From positions 77,418 to 141,417 of the forward strand of contig BPIH01000002.1 in the NCBI GenBank assembly GCA_026004015.1: a DNA stretch of 64,000 bases. The letters are read 5' to 3'. Origin of the DNA: Chloroflexota bacterium (lineage in GTDB: Bacteria > Chloroflexota > Limnocylindria > Limnocylindrales > CSP1-4). A program made the translations under genes and the position numbers. Numbering within the stretch: the stretch's first letter is position 1; each line of letters starts with the position of its first letter. Below the pieces are notes generated by a model. That model was not told the origin of the DNA and made no database searches. It saw only the letters and a list, made by a program, of their open reading frames with translations. Shown here in pieces: positions 21,071 to 33,135 of the stretch.

Positions 21071-22234
21071 ATGAGCGGCGCCGCCCGCTTCGAGGTCCTC
21101 GTCCCGCCGCCGGCCGACGGGTCGACCCGGGCCCGTCTCGGACGGCTCGTCCTGCCCCACGGCGTCGTCGAGACACCCCAGTTCATGCCCGTCGGGACGA
21201 ACGCCACGGTCAAGGCCCTCGACCCGGCAGACCTACGGGCCGTCGGGGCCACGATCATCCTCGCCAACACGTACCACCTCTCCGAGCGACCCGGTCACGA
21301 GCGGATCGCCCGCCTGGGCGGGCTCCACCGCTTCATGGCCTGGGACCGGCCGATCCTCACCGATTCGGGCGGCTTTCAGGTCGTCTCCCTCGGCGACCTG
21401 CGGGTCGTCGACGACGACGGCGTCACCTTCCGGAGCCACCTCGACGGCTCCCTCCGCCGCTTCACCCCCGAATTCGCCATCGAGGTTCAGGAGGCCCTCG
21501 GGGCCGACGTCGCCGTCGCCTTCGATCAGCCCGTCCCGCCAGCCGCCTCGGACCGGGCCACCGTCGCGGCGGCGACGGAGCGGACCCACCGCTGGGCCGA
21601 GCGCTGTCTCGCCGCCCACCGGCGCCCGGATCAGGCCCTCTTCGGCATCATTCAGGGCGGTCTCGAGCCCGACCTCCGGGCAGCCTCCACCCGCTTCATC
21701 GCCGGCCTTTCCTTCGATGGCCTCTGCATCGGCGGTCTCGCCGGGGACGAGACGCCGGCCGAACGGGCGGCCGCCATCGACGTCGTCGTCGAGACCCTCG
21801 GCCCCGACCCGCGGCCGCGGTACCTCATGGGCCTCGGTTCGCCGGCCGACCTCCTCGAGGCCGTCGACCGCGGCGTCGACCTCTTCGACTCGGTCCTCCC
21901 GGCCCGGGTCGCTCGGAACGCCCAGCTCTGGGTCCCCGGCGGTAGGCTCAACCTCCGGAACGCCCGCTTCCTCGACGACCCGGCCCCAGTCCAGGAGGAC
22001 TGCCCGTGCATCCTCTGTCGCACGTTCTCTCGGGCGTACCTCGCCCACCTCTTCCGAGCCAGGGAGCTCCTGGCGTATCGCCTCGCAACTTGCCACAACC
22101 TCACCTTCACCCTAGACTTCATGGCCAGGATCCGGGCTGCGCTGCGGGCCGGGACATTCGCCGCCAACCTCCCGGACCTCCGGCTGCGGACCGCTCGAAC
22201 GGTGGGCGGCGAAGCCGCGGTGAAGTCGGCGTGA
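21071..22234 (+). CDS. tgt: Queuine tRNA-ribosyltransferase
   Basis: TPQFMPVGT, DSGGFQ, LMGLGSP and a CPCILCRTF...H zinc site. Intact. Confidence 0.9.
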   Translation: MSGAARFEVLVPPPADGSTRARLGRLVLPHGVVETPQFMPVGTNATVKALDPADLRAVGATIILANTYHLSERPGHERIARLGGLHRFMAWDRPILTDSGGFQVVSLGDLRVVDDDGVTFRSHLDGSLRRFTPEFAIEVQEALGADVAVAFDQPVPPAASDRATVAAATERTHRWAERCLAAHRRPDQALFGIIQGGLEPDLRAASTRFIAGLSFDGLCIGGLAGDETPAERAAAIDVVVETLGPDPRPRYLMGLGSPADLLEAVDRGVDLFDSVLPARVARNAQLWVPGGRLNLRNARFLDDPAPVQEDCPCILCRTFSRAYLAHLFRARELLAYRLATCHNLTFTLDFMARIRAALRAGTFAANLPDLRLRTARTVGGEAAVKSA

Positions 22235-22276
22235 AGGGCCCCTCGATATCCTGGAGTTCGATGCGGAGGCGATCGC

Positions 22277-22438
22277 ATGGGTTCTCGAGACCGTCCGCAC
22301 CGCGAGCCGAAGAAGAAGCCGAAGGAGAAGGCCACGCAGCCGAAGCTCGAGCCGCTCTCCGAGCCGCCGATGCAGGTCGAGGTCATCCGTCGACCGCGGA
22401 AGCCGCGCGTCGAGATCGAGCCGGAAGGCGAGGGCTGA
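22277..22438 (+). CDS. Small basic hypothetical protein (53 aa, Lys/Pro/Glu-rich) between tgt and recA
   Basis: ATG with a GGAGG RBS 8 nt upstream. Its Lys-rich AAG codon usage is atypical for the GC background, which argues for real coding. Confidence 0.4.
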   Translation: MGSRDRPHREPKKKPKEKATQPKLEPLSEPPMQVEVIRRPRKPRVEIEPEGEG

Positions 22439-22507
22439 GCCGGCCGGGCGGGCGCTCGCAGCGCTCGCTCCGTCGACCGTGGCCGTGAGCGACAGGAGCG
22501 AGCGACG

Positions 22508-23583
<1,076 letters not shown>

Positions 23584-23589
23584 GACGGC

Positions 23590-24246
23590 CCCCCGCCGGC
23601 CAGCGGAGCGGCGCTCCGACCGCGGCAGCCTCACCGAGGTCGGTCCGGTTCTCGACGCCGCCGCTCGCTACCTCGAGGCTCGGCCGCGATCCGTCGCCGA
23701 GGTCCGGCGGCGGCTCGTCGCTGCCGGCTATCCGCCGTCCCTCGTCGAAGCGGCCATCGAGCGCCTCCTGGCGGCCGGCTACCTCGACGACCTCGCCTTC
23801 GCCCGGGCCTGGGTCGCCTCCCGAGATCGGGCCCGGCCACGGGGCGCCGTCGCCCTCCGGCGGGAGCTTCGGCTCCGGGGTGTCGCGGAACCCGTCATCG
23901 CGGCCGTCCTCGCCGAGCGGGACGCCGCGGCGGCCGGCAGCGCCGGAGACGACGCCGCTGCCTCCGCCGCCGGATGGCCCGACGAGGAGGCCGAGGCGCC
24001 CCGGCAGGGGCACCGCCCGAGTGCTCGAGTGGCTCGCGGGCCTCGGTCGGGGCCGACGCGGCGGCCGCCCGTCGGCTCCTCGCCCGTCGGGCCGCCGCCC
24101 TCGCCCGGATCGCCGACCCCCTCCGCCGGCGGGCGAGGGCGTACGCCCTCCTCGTCCGGGCCGGGTTCGAGCCCGATCTGGCGGCCGAACTCGCCCGATC
24201 CGTCGCCGCGCCGCCCGCCGAGGACGAGGCGACCGAGGACGACTGA
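23590..24246 (+). CDS. recX: Regulatory protein RecX (apparent frameshifts)
   Basis: Three-helix-repeat RecX-like sequence (ARYLEARPRSVAEVRRRLVAAGY, LDDLAFARAWV, C-terminal RRLLARR...DPLRRRARAYALLVRAGFE), immediately downstream of recA. Confidence 0.65.
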   Translation, partial: PPPASGAALRPRQPHRGRSGSRRRRSLPRGSAAIRRRGPAAARRCRLSAVPRRSGHRAPPGGRLPRRPRLRPGLGRLPRSGPATGRRRPPAGASAPGCRGTRHRGRPRRAGRRGGRQRRRRRRCLRRRMARRGGRGAPAGAPPECSSGSRASVGADAAAARRLLARRAAALARIADPLRRRARAYALLVRAGFEPDLAAELARSVAAPPAEDEATEDD

Positions 24247-24480
24247 GCGGCCCGGGACGTCGGCTCCGCCCCGTCGGCGACCTCCGGGCGGCGTTCGGCG
24301 TAGACTAGCCGCCAATCCGGACCGGTCGGTCGATCGATCCCGGAGCTGCCCAAGCCGGTATCGGCGGCGCCCGCCGGTCGGCGCGAGCGGAGGCTCTCCG
24401 TCGCCGAGCGTCCCGATGCCCGAACCGATCATTCACACCGCCGACCGCCCTACCGCGGCCGGTGCGGAGGACAACGGATC

Positions 24481-26016
24481 ATGGTCGAGATTCCGATCGC
24501 CCTCGTGGCGGCGCTCGTCGTCGGCGCCGTCGGGGTCGGCGTCGGGTTCGTCCTCGCTGCCAGGGTCTGGGCGCCCCAGGCCATCCGGGCCGCCCAGGCC
24601 GAAGCGAAGCGGATCGTCGCCGAGGCCCGCGAACGCCAGAAGGACCTCATCCTCGAGGCGAAGGACGCCAAGCTCCGGCTCGCCCAGGAGGCCGAAGAGG
24701 AGGCCCGGGCGAAGCGGACCGAGCTCGCCGCCCTCGAGCGACGCCTCCTCGCCCGCGACGCCCAGCTCGACGAGCGCGCCGACCTCCTCGAAGAACGCCA
24801 GCGGAAGCTCCTCGAGCGGGAGCGCGAGCTCGAGCGGTCCCGCGAGGAGATCGCCCGGCTCCACGCCGAACGGGTCGCCGCCCTCGAGCGGGTGAGCGGT
24901 CTGTCGGCGGAGGATGCCAAGGCCCTCCTCATCGAGGCCGTCCGCGACGAGGCGGAGCACGATGCGGTGAAGCTCGCCCGAGCCATCGAGCGGCGGGCCC
25001 GGGAGGAGGCGACCGAGAAGGCCCGGGAGATCATCGTGACCGCCATGCAGCGGATCGCCGCCGACCACACCGCCGAACACACCGTGACCGTCATCCACCT
25101 CCCGAACGAGGAGATGAAGGGTCGGATCATCGGCCGCGAGGGTCGGAACATCCGCGCCCTCGAGCAGGCGACCGGCTGTGATCTCATCATCGACGACACC
25201 CCGGAGACCGTCGTCGTCTCCGGCTTCGACCCGATCCGTCGGGAGGTCGCCCGCCTCGCCCTGACGAAGCTCATCGCCGACGGCCGGATCCACCCCGGCC
25301 GGATCGAGGACGTCGTCGCCAAGGCCCGGGCCGAGGTCGAGCTCGTCGTCCGCCAGGCCGGCGAACAGGCCGCCTACGAGGCCGGCGTCCCCGGCCTGCC
25401 GCCGGAGCTCATCCGCCTCCTCGGCCGGCTGAAGTTCCGGACGAGCTATGGCCAGAACGTCCTCCTCCATTCCGTCGAGACGAGCCGCCTGGCGGCGATC
25501 ATCGCCGCCGAGCTCGGGGCCGACGTGGCGGCGGCCAAGGCGGGCGGGCTCCTCCACGACATCGGCAAGGCCGTCGACCACGAGGTCGAGGGCGCCCACG
25601 CCGCCATCGGGGCCCAGATCGCCCAGCGCCACGGTCTGCCCTTCAAGGTCGTGAACGGGATCGCCGCCCACCACCAGGAGGTCGAGTACGCCTGTCTCGA
25701 GGCCCCCATCGTCCAGGTCGCCGACGCCATCAGCGCCTCGCGACCGGGCGCCAGGGGGGAGACCGTCGAGACGTACCTCAAGCGCCTCGAGGATCTCCAG
25801 GCCATCGCCAACAGCTTCGCCGGGGTCGAGCGCTCCTTCGCCGTCCAGGCCGGCCGCGAGGTCCGGATCCTCGTCCGCCCCGACGAGATCGACGACCTCT
25901 CGGCGAGCCGGCTTGCCCGCGACATCGTCCGCAAGATCGAGGAGACCCTGACCTACCCGGGCCAGATCAAGGTCACCGTCATCCGCGAGACGCGGGCCGT
26001 GGAGTACGCGAAGTAG
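24481..26016 (+). CDS. rny: Ribonuclease Y
   Basis: Intact 511 aa with an N-terminal TM helix, a coiled coil, a KH domain ([15 protein letters not shown]) and an HD domain (LLHDIGKA). Carries the YEAG peptide. Confidence 0.93.
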   Translation: MVEIPIALVAALVVGAVGVGVGFVLAARVWAPQAIRAAQAEAKRIVAEARERQKDLILEAKDAKLRLAQEAEEEARAKRTELAALERRLLARDAQLDERADLLEERQRKLLERERELERSREEIARLHAERVAALERVSGLSAEDAKALLIEAVRDEAEHDAVKLARAIERRAREEATEKAREIIVTAMQRIAADHTAEHTVTVIHLPNEEMKGRIIGREGRNIRALEQATGCDLIIDDTPETVVVSGFDPIRREVARLALTKLIADGRIHPGRIEDVVAKARAEVELVVRQAGEQAAYEAGVPGLPPELIRLLGRLKFRTSYGQNVLLHSVETSRLAAIIAAELGADVAAAKAGGLLHDIGKAVDHEVEGAHAAIGAQIAQRHGLPFKVVNGIAAHHQEVEYACLEAPIVQVADAISASRPGARGETVETYLKRLEDLQAIANSFAGVERSFAVQAGREVRILVRPDEIDDLSASRLARDIVRKIEETLTYPGQIKVTVIRETRAVEYAK

Positions 26017-26042
26017 GCGGTCGGGGGCCGGCGGGGAGCGGC

Positions 26043-26876
26043 ATGACCGGGCAGCCCGGCCGGGCGCCGAAGCCGCCCGGCGTGTGTCGGATCCTCATGA
26101 TCGGCGACGTCATCGGCAAGCCGGGGCGGGAAGCGGTCGAGCGCTGCCTGCCGACCCTCCGCCGGGAGCGGGGGATCGACTTCGTCACCGCCAACGGGGA
26201 GAACCTGGCCGGCGGGATGGGCCTCACCGGGCCGACGGCCGAGGCCCTCTTCGCCGCCGGCGTCGACGTCATCACCTCGGGCAACCACATCTGGGACAAG
26301 CGGGAGATCTACCCGATCCTCGAGCGGGACGAGCGGATCCTCCGGCCCCTGAACTACGGCACCCGAGACGTGCCCGGCCGCGGCTGGGGGATCTACACGG
26401 CCGCCGACGGGACCGAGCTCGCCGTCCTCAACCTCCAGGGCCGGACGTACATGACCCCCATCGACAACCCCTTCACCGAAGTCGATCGGCTCCTCGACGA
26501 AGGCTCCGAGCCGCTGCCGGCCGTCCGGGTCGTCGACTTCCACGCCGAGGTGACCTCGGAGAAGAACGCCTTCGGCCTCTACCTCGACGGTCGGGTGAGC
26601 GCCGTCCTCGGGACCCACACCCACGTCGTGACGGCCGACGAGCGGATCCTGCCGAAGGGGACGGCCTACCAGACCGACATCGGCATGACCGGGCCCCTCC
26701 ACTCGATCATCGGCTTCGCCCCGCGAACGGTCCTGCCCCGCTTCCTGAACGCCCTGCCCACCCGCTTCGAGGTCGGCGACGGACCGGTCGTCTTCCACGC
26801 CACCCAGGTCGACGTCGAGCCGGCCTCGGGGCGGGCCGTCGCCGTCGAGCGGATCTCCGCCGTCGTCGAGCTCTGA
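26043..26876 (+). CDS. ymdB: TIGR00282/YmdB family metallophosphoesterase
   Basis: GDVIGKPGR, GENLAGG, GNHIWD and GTHTHV motifs. Sits in the conserved rny-ymdB arrangement. The start may be the internal ATG at 26097. Confidence 0.88.
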   Translation: MTGQPGRAPKPPGVCRILMIGDVIGKPGREAVERCLPTLRRERGIDFVTANGENLAGGMGLTGPTAEALFAAGVDVITSGNHIWDKREIYPILERDERILRPLNYGTRDVPGRGWGIYTAADGTELAVLNLQGRTYMTPIDNPFTEVDRLLDEGSEPLPAVRVVDFHAEVTSEKNAFGLYLDGRVSAVLGTHTHVVTADERILPKGTAYQTDIGMTGPLHSIIGFAPRTVLPRFLNALPTRFEVGDGPVVFHATQVDVEPASGRAVAVERISAVVEL

Positions 26877-26880
26877 GCGG

Positions 26881-27842
26881 ATGGGCATGGGGCGCTATCC
26901 GCCGCCCGGCGTCTCGACCCCGGCCCGGGCCGCGGGGCCAACGACGGTCGACCTCCACACCCACAGCCGCCGCTCCGACGGCGTTCTCGAACCACCGGCC
27001 CTCGTCGCCGCCGCAGCGGCGGTCGGTGTCCGCCTCCTCGCCCTGACCGACCACGACACCCTCGTCCGGCGTCCGCGAGCTTCGTGCGGCGGGTGCCCCG
27101 CCCCTCCCGGCCGGCCTCGAGCTCGTGGCCGGGATCGAGCTGAGCACGACCATCGACGGCGACCGAGAGCTCCACCTCCTCGGCTACGGGCTCGATCCCG
27201 ACGACGAACGCCTCGAGGCCCGCCTGGCTGGGCTTCCGGGCCGAGCGGCGGCGCCGCTTCGAACGGATCGTCGACCGCCTCCGGGCCATTGGCTGTCCCG
27301 TCGACGAGGTCCTCGCCGGGATCGACCTGGCCGCCACCGACGCCCTCGGACGGCCGACCATCGCCAGGGCCCTCGTCGCCGCCGGGTACGCCTCGAGCGT
27401 CGCCGACGCCTTCGAGCGCTTTCTCGGCCGGGGCGGCCCGGCCTACGTGCCGCGACCAAAGCTCGACCCGCCGGCCGCCATCGGCCTCGTGCGCCGGGCC
27501 GGAGGCGTCGCCATCCTCGCTCACCCGGCCGACGTCCTGCCCGACGAGCCCCTCCTCGGCGCCCTCGTCGAGGCGGGGCTCGCCGGCCTGGAGGTCCACT
27601 ACCGCGGCTACCCGCCGGAAACCGTGGCGACCCTCGCCGCCATCGCCCGCCGCCATCGCCTCCTCGCCACCGGAGGAACGGACTTCCACGGCGACGACGG
27701 CCCCTACGAGCGGGCCGCCTCCGAGGTCGAGGTCCCGGCGTCGGTCGGCCGCCGCTTCCGGGCCGCCCTCGAGGCGCACCCGCGCCCCGGTCGTCCCCGT
27801 CGGAAACGGGAGCCGGATCGGGCTACACTCGTCGGCCGATGA
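26881..27842 (+). CDS. PHP domain phosphoesterase (TrpH/YciV-like) (apparent frameshifts)
   Basis: DLHTHSRRSDG, LALTDHDT and ILAHPA motifs with the C-terminus in a shifted frame. Stop overlaps the miaB ATG. Confidence 0.7.
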
Positions 27843-29476
27843 GCAGCCGCCTCCTCCCGGTCCTCGACCGCTCCCATCTCGAGCCGGCCCCGCCGCCGCC
27901 GGCGCCGGTCGTCGACCCCCGGCTCGCCGAGTACGGGCCGGACGGCGCCGTCCTGCCCCGCTTCGCCATCTGGACCCTCGGCTGCCAGATGAACAAGAGC
28001 GACTCCGAGGAGATGGCCGGCCGGCTCCTCGCTGCCGGCTGCGAGCCGGCGCCGACCTTCGAGACGGCCGACCTCATCGTCATCAACACCTGTGCCATCC
28101 GCGAGGCGGCCGAGGCCAAGGTCATCGGCCGCCAGGGCCAACTCCGCCGCCTCAAGGCGGCGAACCCGCGACTCCGGGTCGTCCTCACCGGTTGCGCCGT
28201 CCGGGAGGCCTCCCGGGCGAGCCTCGCCCGTCGCTTCCCGGCCGTCGACCTCTTCCTCCGGCCCGACGAGGAGCCCGAGATCGTCGAGCGCCTCGGCCTC
28301 GCCTCGGCCCAGGCCGGCCTCGGGCGAGCCGTCGTCGCCCCGAGCCGAGCCACGACCCTCGTCGGCGGGCAGCCGGTCTCCGATGCCGTCCACCTGCCGA
28401 GCGCCCGGGCGGCGGCCGTCGCCGCCGGGGCCGTGGCTCGCTCGAGCCGGATCTCGGCCTGGCTGCCGATCATCTACGGCTGCGACAAGACGTGCACGTA
28501 CTGCATCGTCCCCTTCAGCCGCGGCCCGGAGCGGAGCCGCCCCTTCGACGAGGTCCTCGCCGAAGCGCGGGCCCTCGCCGAGGCCGGCTACCGCGAGGTC
28601 ACCCTCCTCGGCCAGAACGTGAACAGCTACGGTCATGACCTGCCGCCCGAGCCGCGCTTCGCCCACGTTGCCCCCGAGCGGTGGGCGGGGCGGCGGCTCG
28701 ACCTCCGGGGCCGGCCCGACCTGGCCGAGCTCATCCGGGCCATCGACGCCCTCCGGACGACCGACGGTCGCCCGGCGATCCCGCGCCTCCGCTTCGTGAC
28801 GAGCCATCCCTGGGACCTCTCGGACCGCCTCATCGCCGCCATGGCCGAGTGCCCGTCGGTCTGCGAGCACCTCCACCTGCCGGTCCAGTCGGGCGACGAC
28901 GCCGTCCTCCGCCGGATGGGCCGCCAGTACACGATCGAGCACTACCTCGAGCGGGTCGAGCGGCTCCGAGCGGCTGTCCCCGACCTCGCCCTCAGCACCG
29001 ACGTCATCGTCGGCTTCTGCGGCGAGACGGAGGCCCAGTTCGAGGCGACCCTCGCCCTCCTGCGCCAGGTCGGCTACGACCAGGTGTTCGCGGCGGCCTA
29101 CTCGGAACGGCCGGGCACGCCGGCCACGAAGCTCGCCGACGACGTCCCGGCCGAGGAGAAGCGGCGCCGCCTGAACGAGCTCCTCCGGGTCCAGGAGGCG
29201 ATCGGCCTCGAGCGGAACCGGGCCTGGCTCGGTCGGACCGTCGAGGTCCTCGTCGACGAGATCGTCCCGCCGCGGTCCCACGATCACGAACCGGCGGAGG
29301 AGGGGAGGGGTCGGCTCCGGCCGGCTCCGGGCGAGGTCGCCCTCGCCGGTCGGACCCGCCAGAACAAGCTCGTCCACTTCACTGGGCCGGCCGACCTCCT
29401 CGGTCGCTTCGTCGAGGTCCGGATCGACCACGCCGGCCCGTACTCGCTCCGCGGCACCCGCCTCGGTGCCGCCTGA
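27839..29476 (+). CDS. miaB: tRNA-2-methylthio-N6-dimethylallyladenosine synthase MiaB
   Basis: Intact 545 aa with an MTTase N-domain (TLGCQMNKSDSE), the radical-SAM CDKTCTYC motif and a TRAM domain. Confidence 0.92.
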   Translation: MSSRLLPVLDRSHLEPAPPPPAPVVDPRLAEYGPDGAVLPRFAIWTLGCQMNKSDSEEMAGRLLAAGCEPAPTFETADLIVINTCAIREAAEAKVIGRQGQLRRLKAANPRLRVVLTGCAVREASRASLARRFPAVDLFLRPDEEPEIVERLGLASAQAGLGRAVVAPSRATTLVGGQPVSDAVHLPSARAAAVAAGAVARSSRISAWLPIIYGCDKTCTYCIVPFSRGPERSRPFDEVLAEARALAEAGYREVTLLGQNVNSYGHDLPPEPRFAHVAPERWAGRRLDLRGRPDLAELIRAIDALRTTDGRPAIPRLRFVTSHPWDLSDRLIAAMAECPSVCEHLHLPVQSGDDAVLRRMGRQYTIEHYLERVERLRAAVPDLALSTDVIVGFCGETEAQFEATLALLRQVGYDQVFAAAYSERPGTPATKLADDVPAEEKRRRLNELLRVQEAIGLERNRAWLGRTVEVLVDEIVPPRSHDHEPAEEGRGRLRPAPGEVALAGRTRQNKLVHFTGPADLLGRFVEVRIDHAGPYSLRGTRLGAA

Positions 29477-30545
29477 GGTCGCAGCCGGAGCACCGGGGGC
29501 GCCGGCGGGCGAGGCGAGGGAGGGGGTCTCCGGCGGAGCAGCGGCCGCGCCAGCCGTCGAGACGCCGGCCCCGCCCCTCGTCGTCATCGGCGGGCCGACG
29601 GCGACGGGCAAGACGGGTCTCTCGCTCCGGCTCGCCGACGTCCTCGCCGAGCGAGGGATCGGCGCCGAGATCATCTCGGCCGATTCGCGCCAGGTCTACC
29701 GCGGCCTCGACATCGGAACGGCCAAGGTCACGCCGGCCGAGCGGGCCCGGATCCCCCACCACGGCCTCGACCTGGTCGATCCCGACGAGCCCTTCAGCGT
29801 CGCCGACTTCGTCCGCCATGCCCGGGCGGCCCTGGCCGGCATCGCCGCCCGCGGCCGGGTCGCCCTCCTCGTCGGCGGGACCGGCCTCTACCTCCGGGCC
29901 GTCGCCCGGGGCCTCGAGCCCGACGCGCTGCCGCACGACCCCGAGCTCCGGGCGCGCCTCGAGGCCGAGCTCCGCTCGACGGGCCTGGCCACGCTCGTCG
30001 AGCGGCTCCGCCGGATCGCCCCAGGACGGGCGGCCGCCGTCGACCTCGCCAACCCGCGGCGGGTCGTCCGGGCCCTCGAGGCCGCCCTCCTCGTCGGGGA
30101 TCGGCCGCCGCCACCCTTCCGCTCCTATCCGGGCCGGGCGATCTTCCTCGTCCTCGACGTCGAGCCGGCCACCCACCGGGCCTGGATCGCGGCCCGGGCC
30201 CGGACCCAGTTCGAGATGGGGCTCCTCGACGAGGCGGCCGCCCTCCGGGCTCGCTACGACCCGAACCTGCCCGCCTTCAGCGCCATCGGCTACCGGGAGG
30301 CGTGGGCCGTCCTCGACGGACGCCTCAGCCTCGAGGCGGCCATCGAGCTCGACGCCCGCCGGAACGTCGCCTTCGCCCGCCGTCAGCGAATCTGGTTCCG
30401 CCGGGAGCCCGAGGCGGTCTGGCTCGACGCCACCGAGGATCCCCTCGCGCGGGTCGTCGCCCTCGTCCGGCCCGTCGTCGAGGGCGACCGGGCGAGGACA
30501 GGCGGGCGGGGAGGGGAGCGGGGGGACCGCCGAGCGGCTCGCTGA
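29466..30545 (+). CDS. miaA: tRNA dimethylallyltransferase MiaA
   Basis: GPTATGKT P-loop, DSRQVYRGLDIGTAK and GGTGLY motifs. Has an A/P-rich N-terminal extension. Confidence 0.88.
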   Translation: MPPEVAAGAPGAPAGEAREGVSGGAAAAPAVETPAPPLVVIGGPTATGKTGLSLRLADVLAERGIGAEIISADSRQVYRGLDIGTAKVTPAERARIPHHGLDLVDPDEPFSVADFVRHARAALAGIAARGRVALLVGGTGLYLRAVARGLEPDALPHDPELRARLEAELRSTGLATLVERLRRIAPGRAAAVDLANPRRVVRALEAALLVGDRPPPPFRSYPGRAIFLVLDVEPATHRAWIAARARTQFEMGLLDEAAALRARYDPNLPAFSAIGYREAWAVLDGRLSLEAAIELDARRNVAFARRQRIWFRREPEAVWLDATEDPLARVVALVRPVVEGDRARTGGRGGERGDRRAAR

Positions 30546-30631
30546 CCGCGACGCGGGCTCGGCGCCCGTCGTCGTGGCGGCCGCCACCGCCCCCGGCGCG
30601 TTCCTCCACCCCCTCCGCTATCCTGGCGGCG

Positions 30632-32014
30632 ATGCCGCGGAACCAGACCATCGATCTCGCTCCGCCCGTCGAGCGAGCCTTCCTCATCGCCGTCGAAACG
30701 GACGACGCCGACGGCTGGACGGCCGAGGATTCCCTGGCCGAGCTGGCGAGCCTCGCCGACACGGCCGGGGCGGTCGTCGTCGGGGCCGAGTGGCAGCGCC
30801 GCCGCCACGTCGATCCGAACTGGTACGTCGGCAAGGGGAAGGCCGAGTCCCTCGTCGCCGCCAAGCACGAAACGGGGTTCACCCTCCTCGTCGCCGACGA
30901 CGAGCTCTCCCCGGCCCAGCAGCGTCGCCTCGAGGGCCTCCTCGGGGTGAAGGTCATCGACCGAAGCCGCCTCATCCTCGACATCTTCGCCCAGCACGCC
31001 CAGACCCACGAGGGCCGCCTCCAGGTCGAGCTCGCCCAGCTCGAGTACCAGCTGCCGCGCCTGACTCGTCTCTGGACCCACCTCTCCCGGACGGGCGGCG
31101 GCATCGGGACCCGGGGACCGGGTGAGACGCAGCTCGAGACGGACCGGCGGGTCATCCGAGAGCGGATCAAGGTCCTGAAGGAACGGGTCGAACAGGTGCG
31201 CCGCCAGCGGGCGACGGCCGCTCGGGGCCGCGATCGGCGCCTCATCCCGGCCATCTCCATCGTCGGCTACACGAACGCCGGCAAGAGCACGCTGCTCAAC
31301 GCCCTCGTCGGGTCCGACGTCGTGCGGGCCGAGGATCGCCTCTTCGCCACCCTCGATCCGACGAGCCGCCTCGTTCGCCTCGGCGAGGGCCAGACGGCGA
31401 TCGTGACCGACACCGTCGGCTTCATCCACAAGCTCCCCCACCAGCTCGTCGATGCCTTCCGGGCGACCCTCGAGGAGGTGACGCGCGCCGACGCCCTCAT
31501 CGAGGTCGTCGACGCCGCCGACCCGCACGCCCCCGAGCATCGGGCCACGGTTCAGGCCGTCCTCGACGAGCTCGGGGCGGGCGACAAGCCGCGGATCGTC
31601 GCCCTGAACAAGATCGACCTCCTCGAACCCGCGGCGACGACGCCCGTCCTCACGGCTCCCGCCGTCGGGATGGCGGTGCCGATCTCGGCCAGGACGGGCT
31701 TCGGGATCGAAACCCTCCGGACGGCGATCTCGGCCCTCCTCGCTGACCTCTGGGTGGCCGTCGACGTCGTGCTCCCGTACCAGGCCGGCGAGCTCCTCGC
31801 CCGGGTTCGGGAACGGGGCACCGTCGGTCTCGACTACCGCCCCGACGGCGTCCGGGTCCGAGGTCGGGTCTCGCCGGCCCTCGCATCCGAGCTCCTGGCG
31901 GCCGCCGACGGACGGCTGGGCGCGGCCCGTCGGGCGGCGCGCCCAGCCGGTGCCGGGGTGGGGGAGGGACGCCAGCCGGAGCCAGCGGTCGGCGGGGAGA
32001 CCCGGCGGGGCTGA
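30632..32014 (+). CDS. hflX: GTPase HflX
   Basis: HflX N-domain, then the G domain (GYTNAGKSTLLN, DTVGF, NKID), all in one 460-aa frame. Confidence 0.9.
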   Translation: MPRNQTIDLAPPVERAFLIAVETDDADGWTAEDSLAELASLADTAGAVVVGAEWQRRRHVDPNWYVGKGKAESLVAAKHETGFTLLVADDELSPAQQRRLEGLLGVKVIDRSRLILDIFAQHAQTHEGRLQVELAQLEYQLPRLTRLWTHLSRTGGGIGTRGPGETQLETDRRVIRERIKVLKERVEQVRRQRATAARGRDRRLIPAISIVGYTNAGKSTLLNALVGSDVVRAEDRLFATLDPTSRLVRLGEGQTAIVTDTVGFIHKLPHQLVDAFRATLEEVTRADALIEVVDAADPHAPEHRATVQAVLDELGAGDKPRIVALNKIDLLEPAATTPVLTAPAVGMAVPISARTGFGIETLRTAISALLADLWVAVDVVLPYQAGELLARVRERGTVGLDYRPDGVRVRGRVSPALASELLAAADGRLGAARRAARPAGAGVGEGRQPEPAVGGETRRG

Positions 32015-32024
32015 CGGGGGTTCC

Positions 32025-32645
32025 GTGGTCGGCGCGGGCGGCGAGGGAACGGACCGGTCGCCGGCCGCCGGCTGGCTGCGCGTCGCCGGGTCGGCCCGGC
32101 TCGCCGACGGCCGCCGGCTCCTGTGGTCGGTCGCCGAGGGCGTCCGGGGACGGCGCTGGCGGTGGGCGATCGCCCGAGGCGACGCGGTCGGGCATGCCGT
32201 TCTCCTCGAGACCGATCCCGACGGGCGCCCGGTTCGCCTCGAGGCGACGAGCGCCAGCGGGCTCCTGACGCTCCACCCGGATCCGGACTTCGCTGCCCTC
32301 CACGGCAACCTCGTCACGACGAACGGGATCGAGCACCTCTCCCTCCCCTGGTCGGCGGGCCACGTCATCGACGTCGTCGACGCCTTCGGGCCCTTCGTCG
32401 TCGTCGCCTGCCGGGGGATGGGACTGCCGGTCGAGGGCTCCTTGGAGCTCGGCGGCCTCGGGATCGATCGCTTCCTCCGACCGACGCCGGGCGTCGTGCG
32501 GCTCGTCCGGACGGCCGAGACGGCCTGGTCGCTCGTACCGGGCGAGCCCGCCGGCCGCCGCCGGGCGCCCTGGTCGGGGACGCTGACAGGGGACGGCCTG
32601 CCGCGCCTCCCCGACGGCACCTGCTGGCCTCTCGAGCTCGACTGA
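32025..32645 (+). CDS. Hypothetical protein
   Basis: An ORF of about 206 aa from a GTG just after the hflX stop. No recognisable domain. Protein-like composition. Confidence 0.45.
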   Translation: MVGAGGEGTDRSPAAGWLRVAGSARLADGRRLLWSVAEGVRGRRWRWAIARGDAVGHAVLLETDPDGRPVRLEATSASGLLTLHPDPDFAALHGNLVTTNGIEHLSLPWSAGHVIDVVDAFGPFVVVACRGMGLPVEGSLELGGLGIDRFLRPTPGVVRLVRTAETAWSLVPGEPAGRRRAPWSGTLTGDGLPRLPDGTCWPLELD

Positions 32646-32772
32646 GGCAGAGGTCCCGGCAAGCGCACGGCTGCGCCGCTCCCACGAACCGACGCCGCTT
32701 CCGGGGCTCCAGGGCGAACGTCACCCGTATCCGCTCGACGGACGAAGAACCGCGGCGGTCTGTTGGAACCTC

Positions 32773-32960
32773 GTGGACAACTCGCGACGCTGGGACGGTC
32801 GAAGTCTGAAAATCGTGGATAACGCCCCTTGTCAGGTGCCGGTCCGTCGCGTACCGTTCGTCTTGCCCGAAGGGGCCCTGGACCGAACGGCACCGGCGAT
32901 GCCTCGCATCACCGGTACCGACCTCGGATCGGCGGTTCCTTCGGGCGTTTTGTCGTCCCG
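32773..32960 (+). repeat. Unit A of a tandem structured element: GTGGACAAC, ATCGTGGATAAC, GCCCGAAGGGGC and GGTTCCTTCGGGCG blocks at fixed spacing, plus an internal hairpin
   Basis: The blocks are exactly identical to unit B, while all spacers have diverged. Confidence 0.7.
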
Positions 32961-33135
32961 CGGGGTCGCTGCGGCCGTCGCTCCCTGCCTGAGCCTCGCG
33001 CGCTCCTGCCGTCGCGCTCGATGGGCGGCGAGTGCCGAAGTGCCCGCCGGCTGATGTGACGTCCCGCGTCGCGGTGCCTCCCCAGGCCGACCAGGCCGAA
33101 GGCGCTCCTGCCGTAGGCGCTCCTGTGGATCGATG

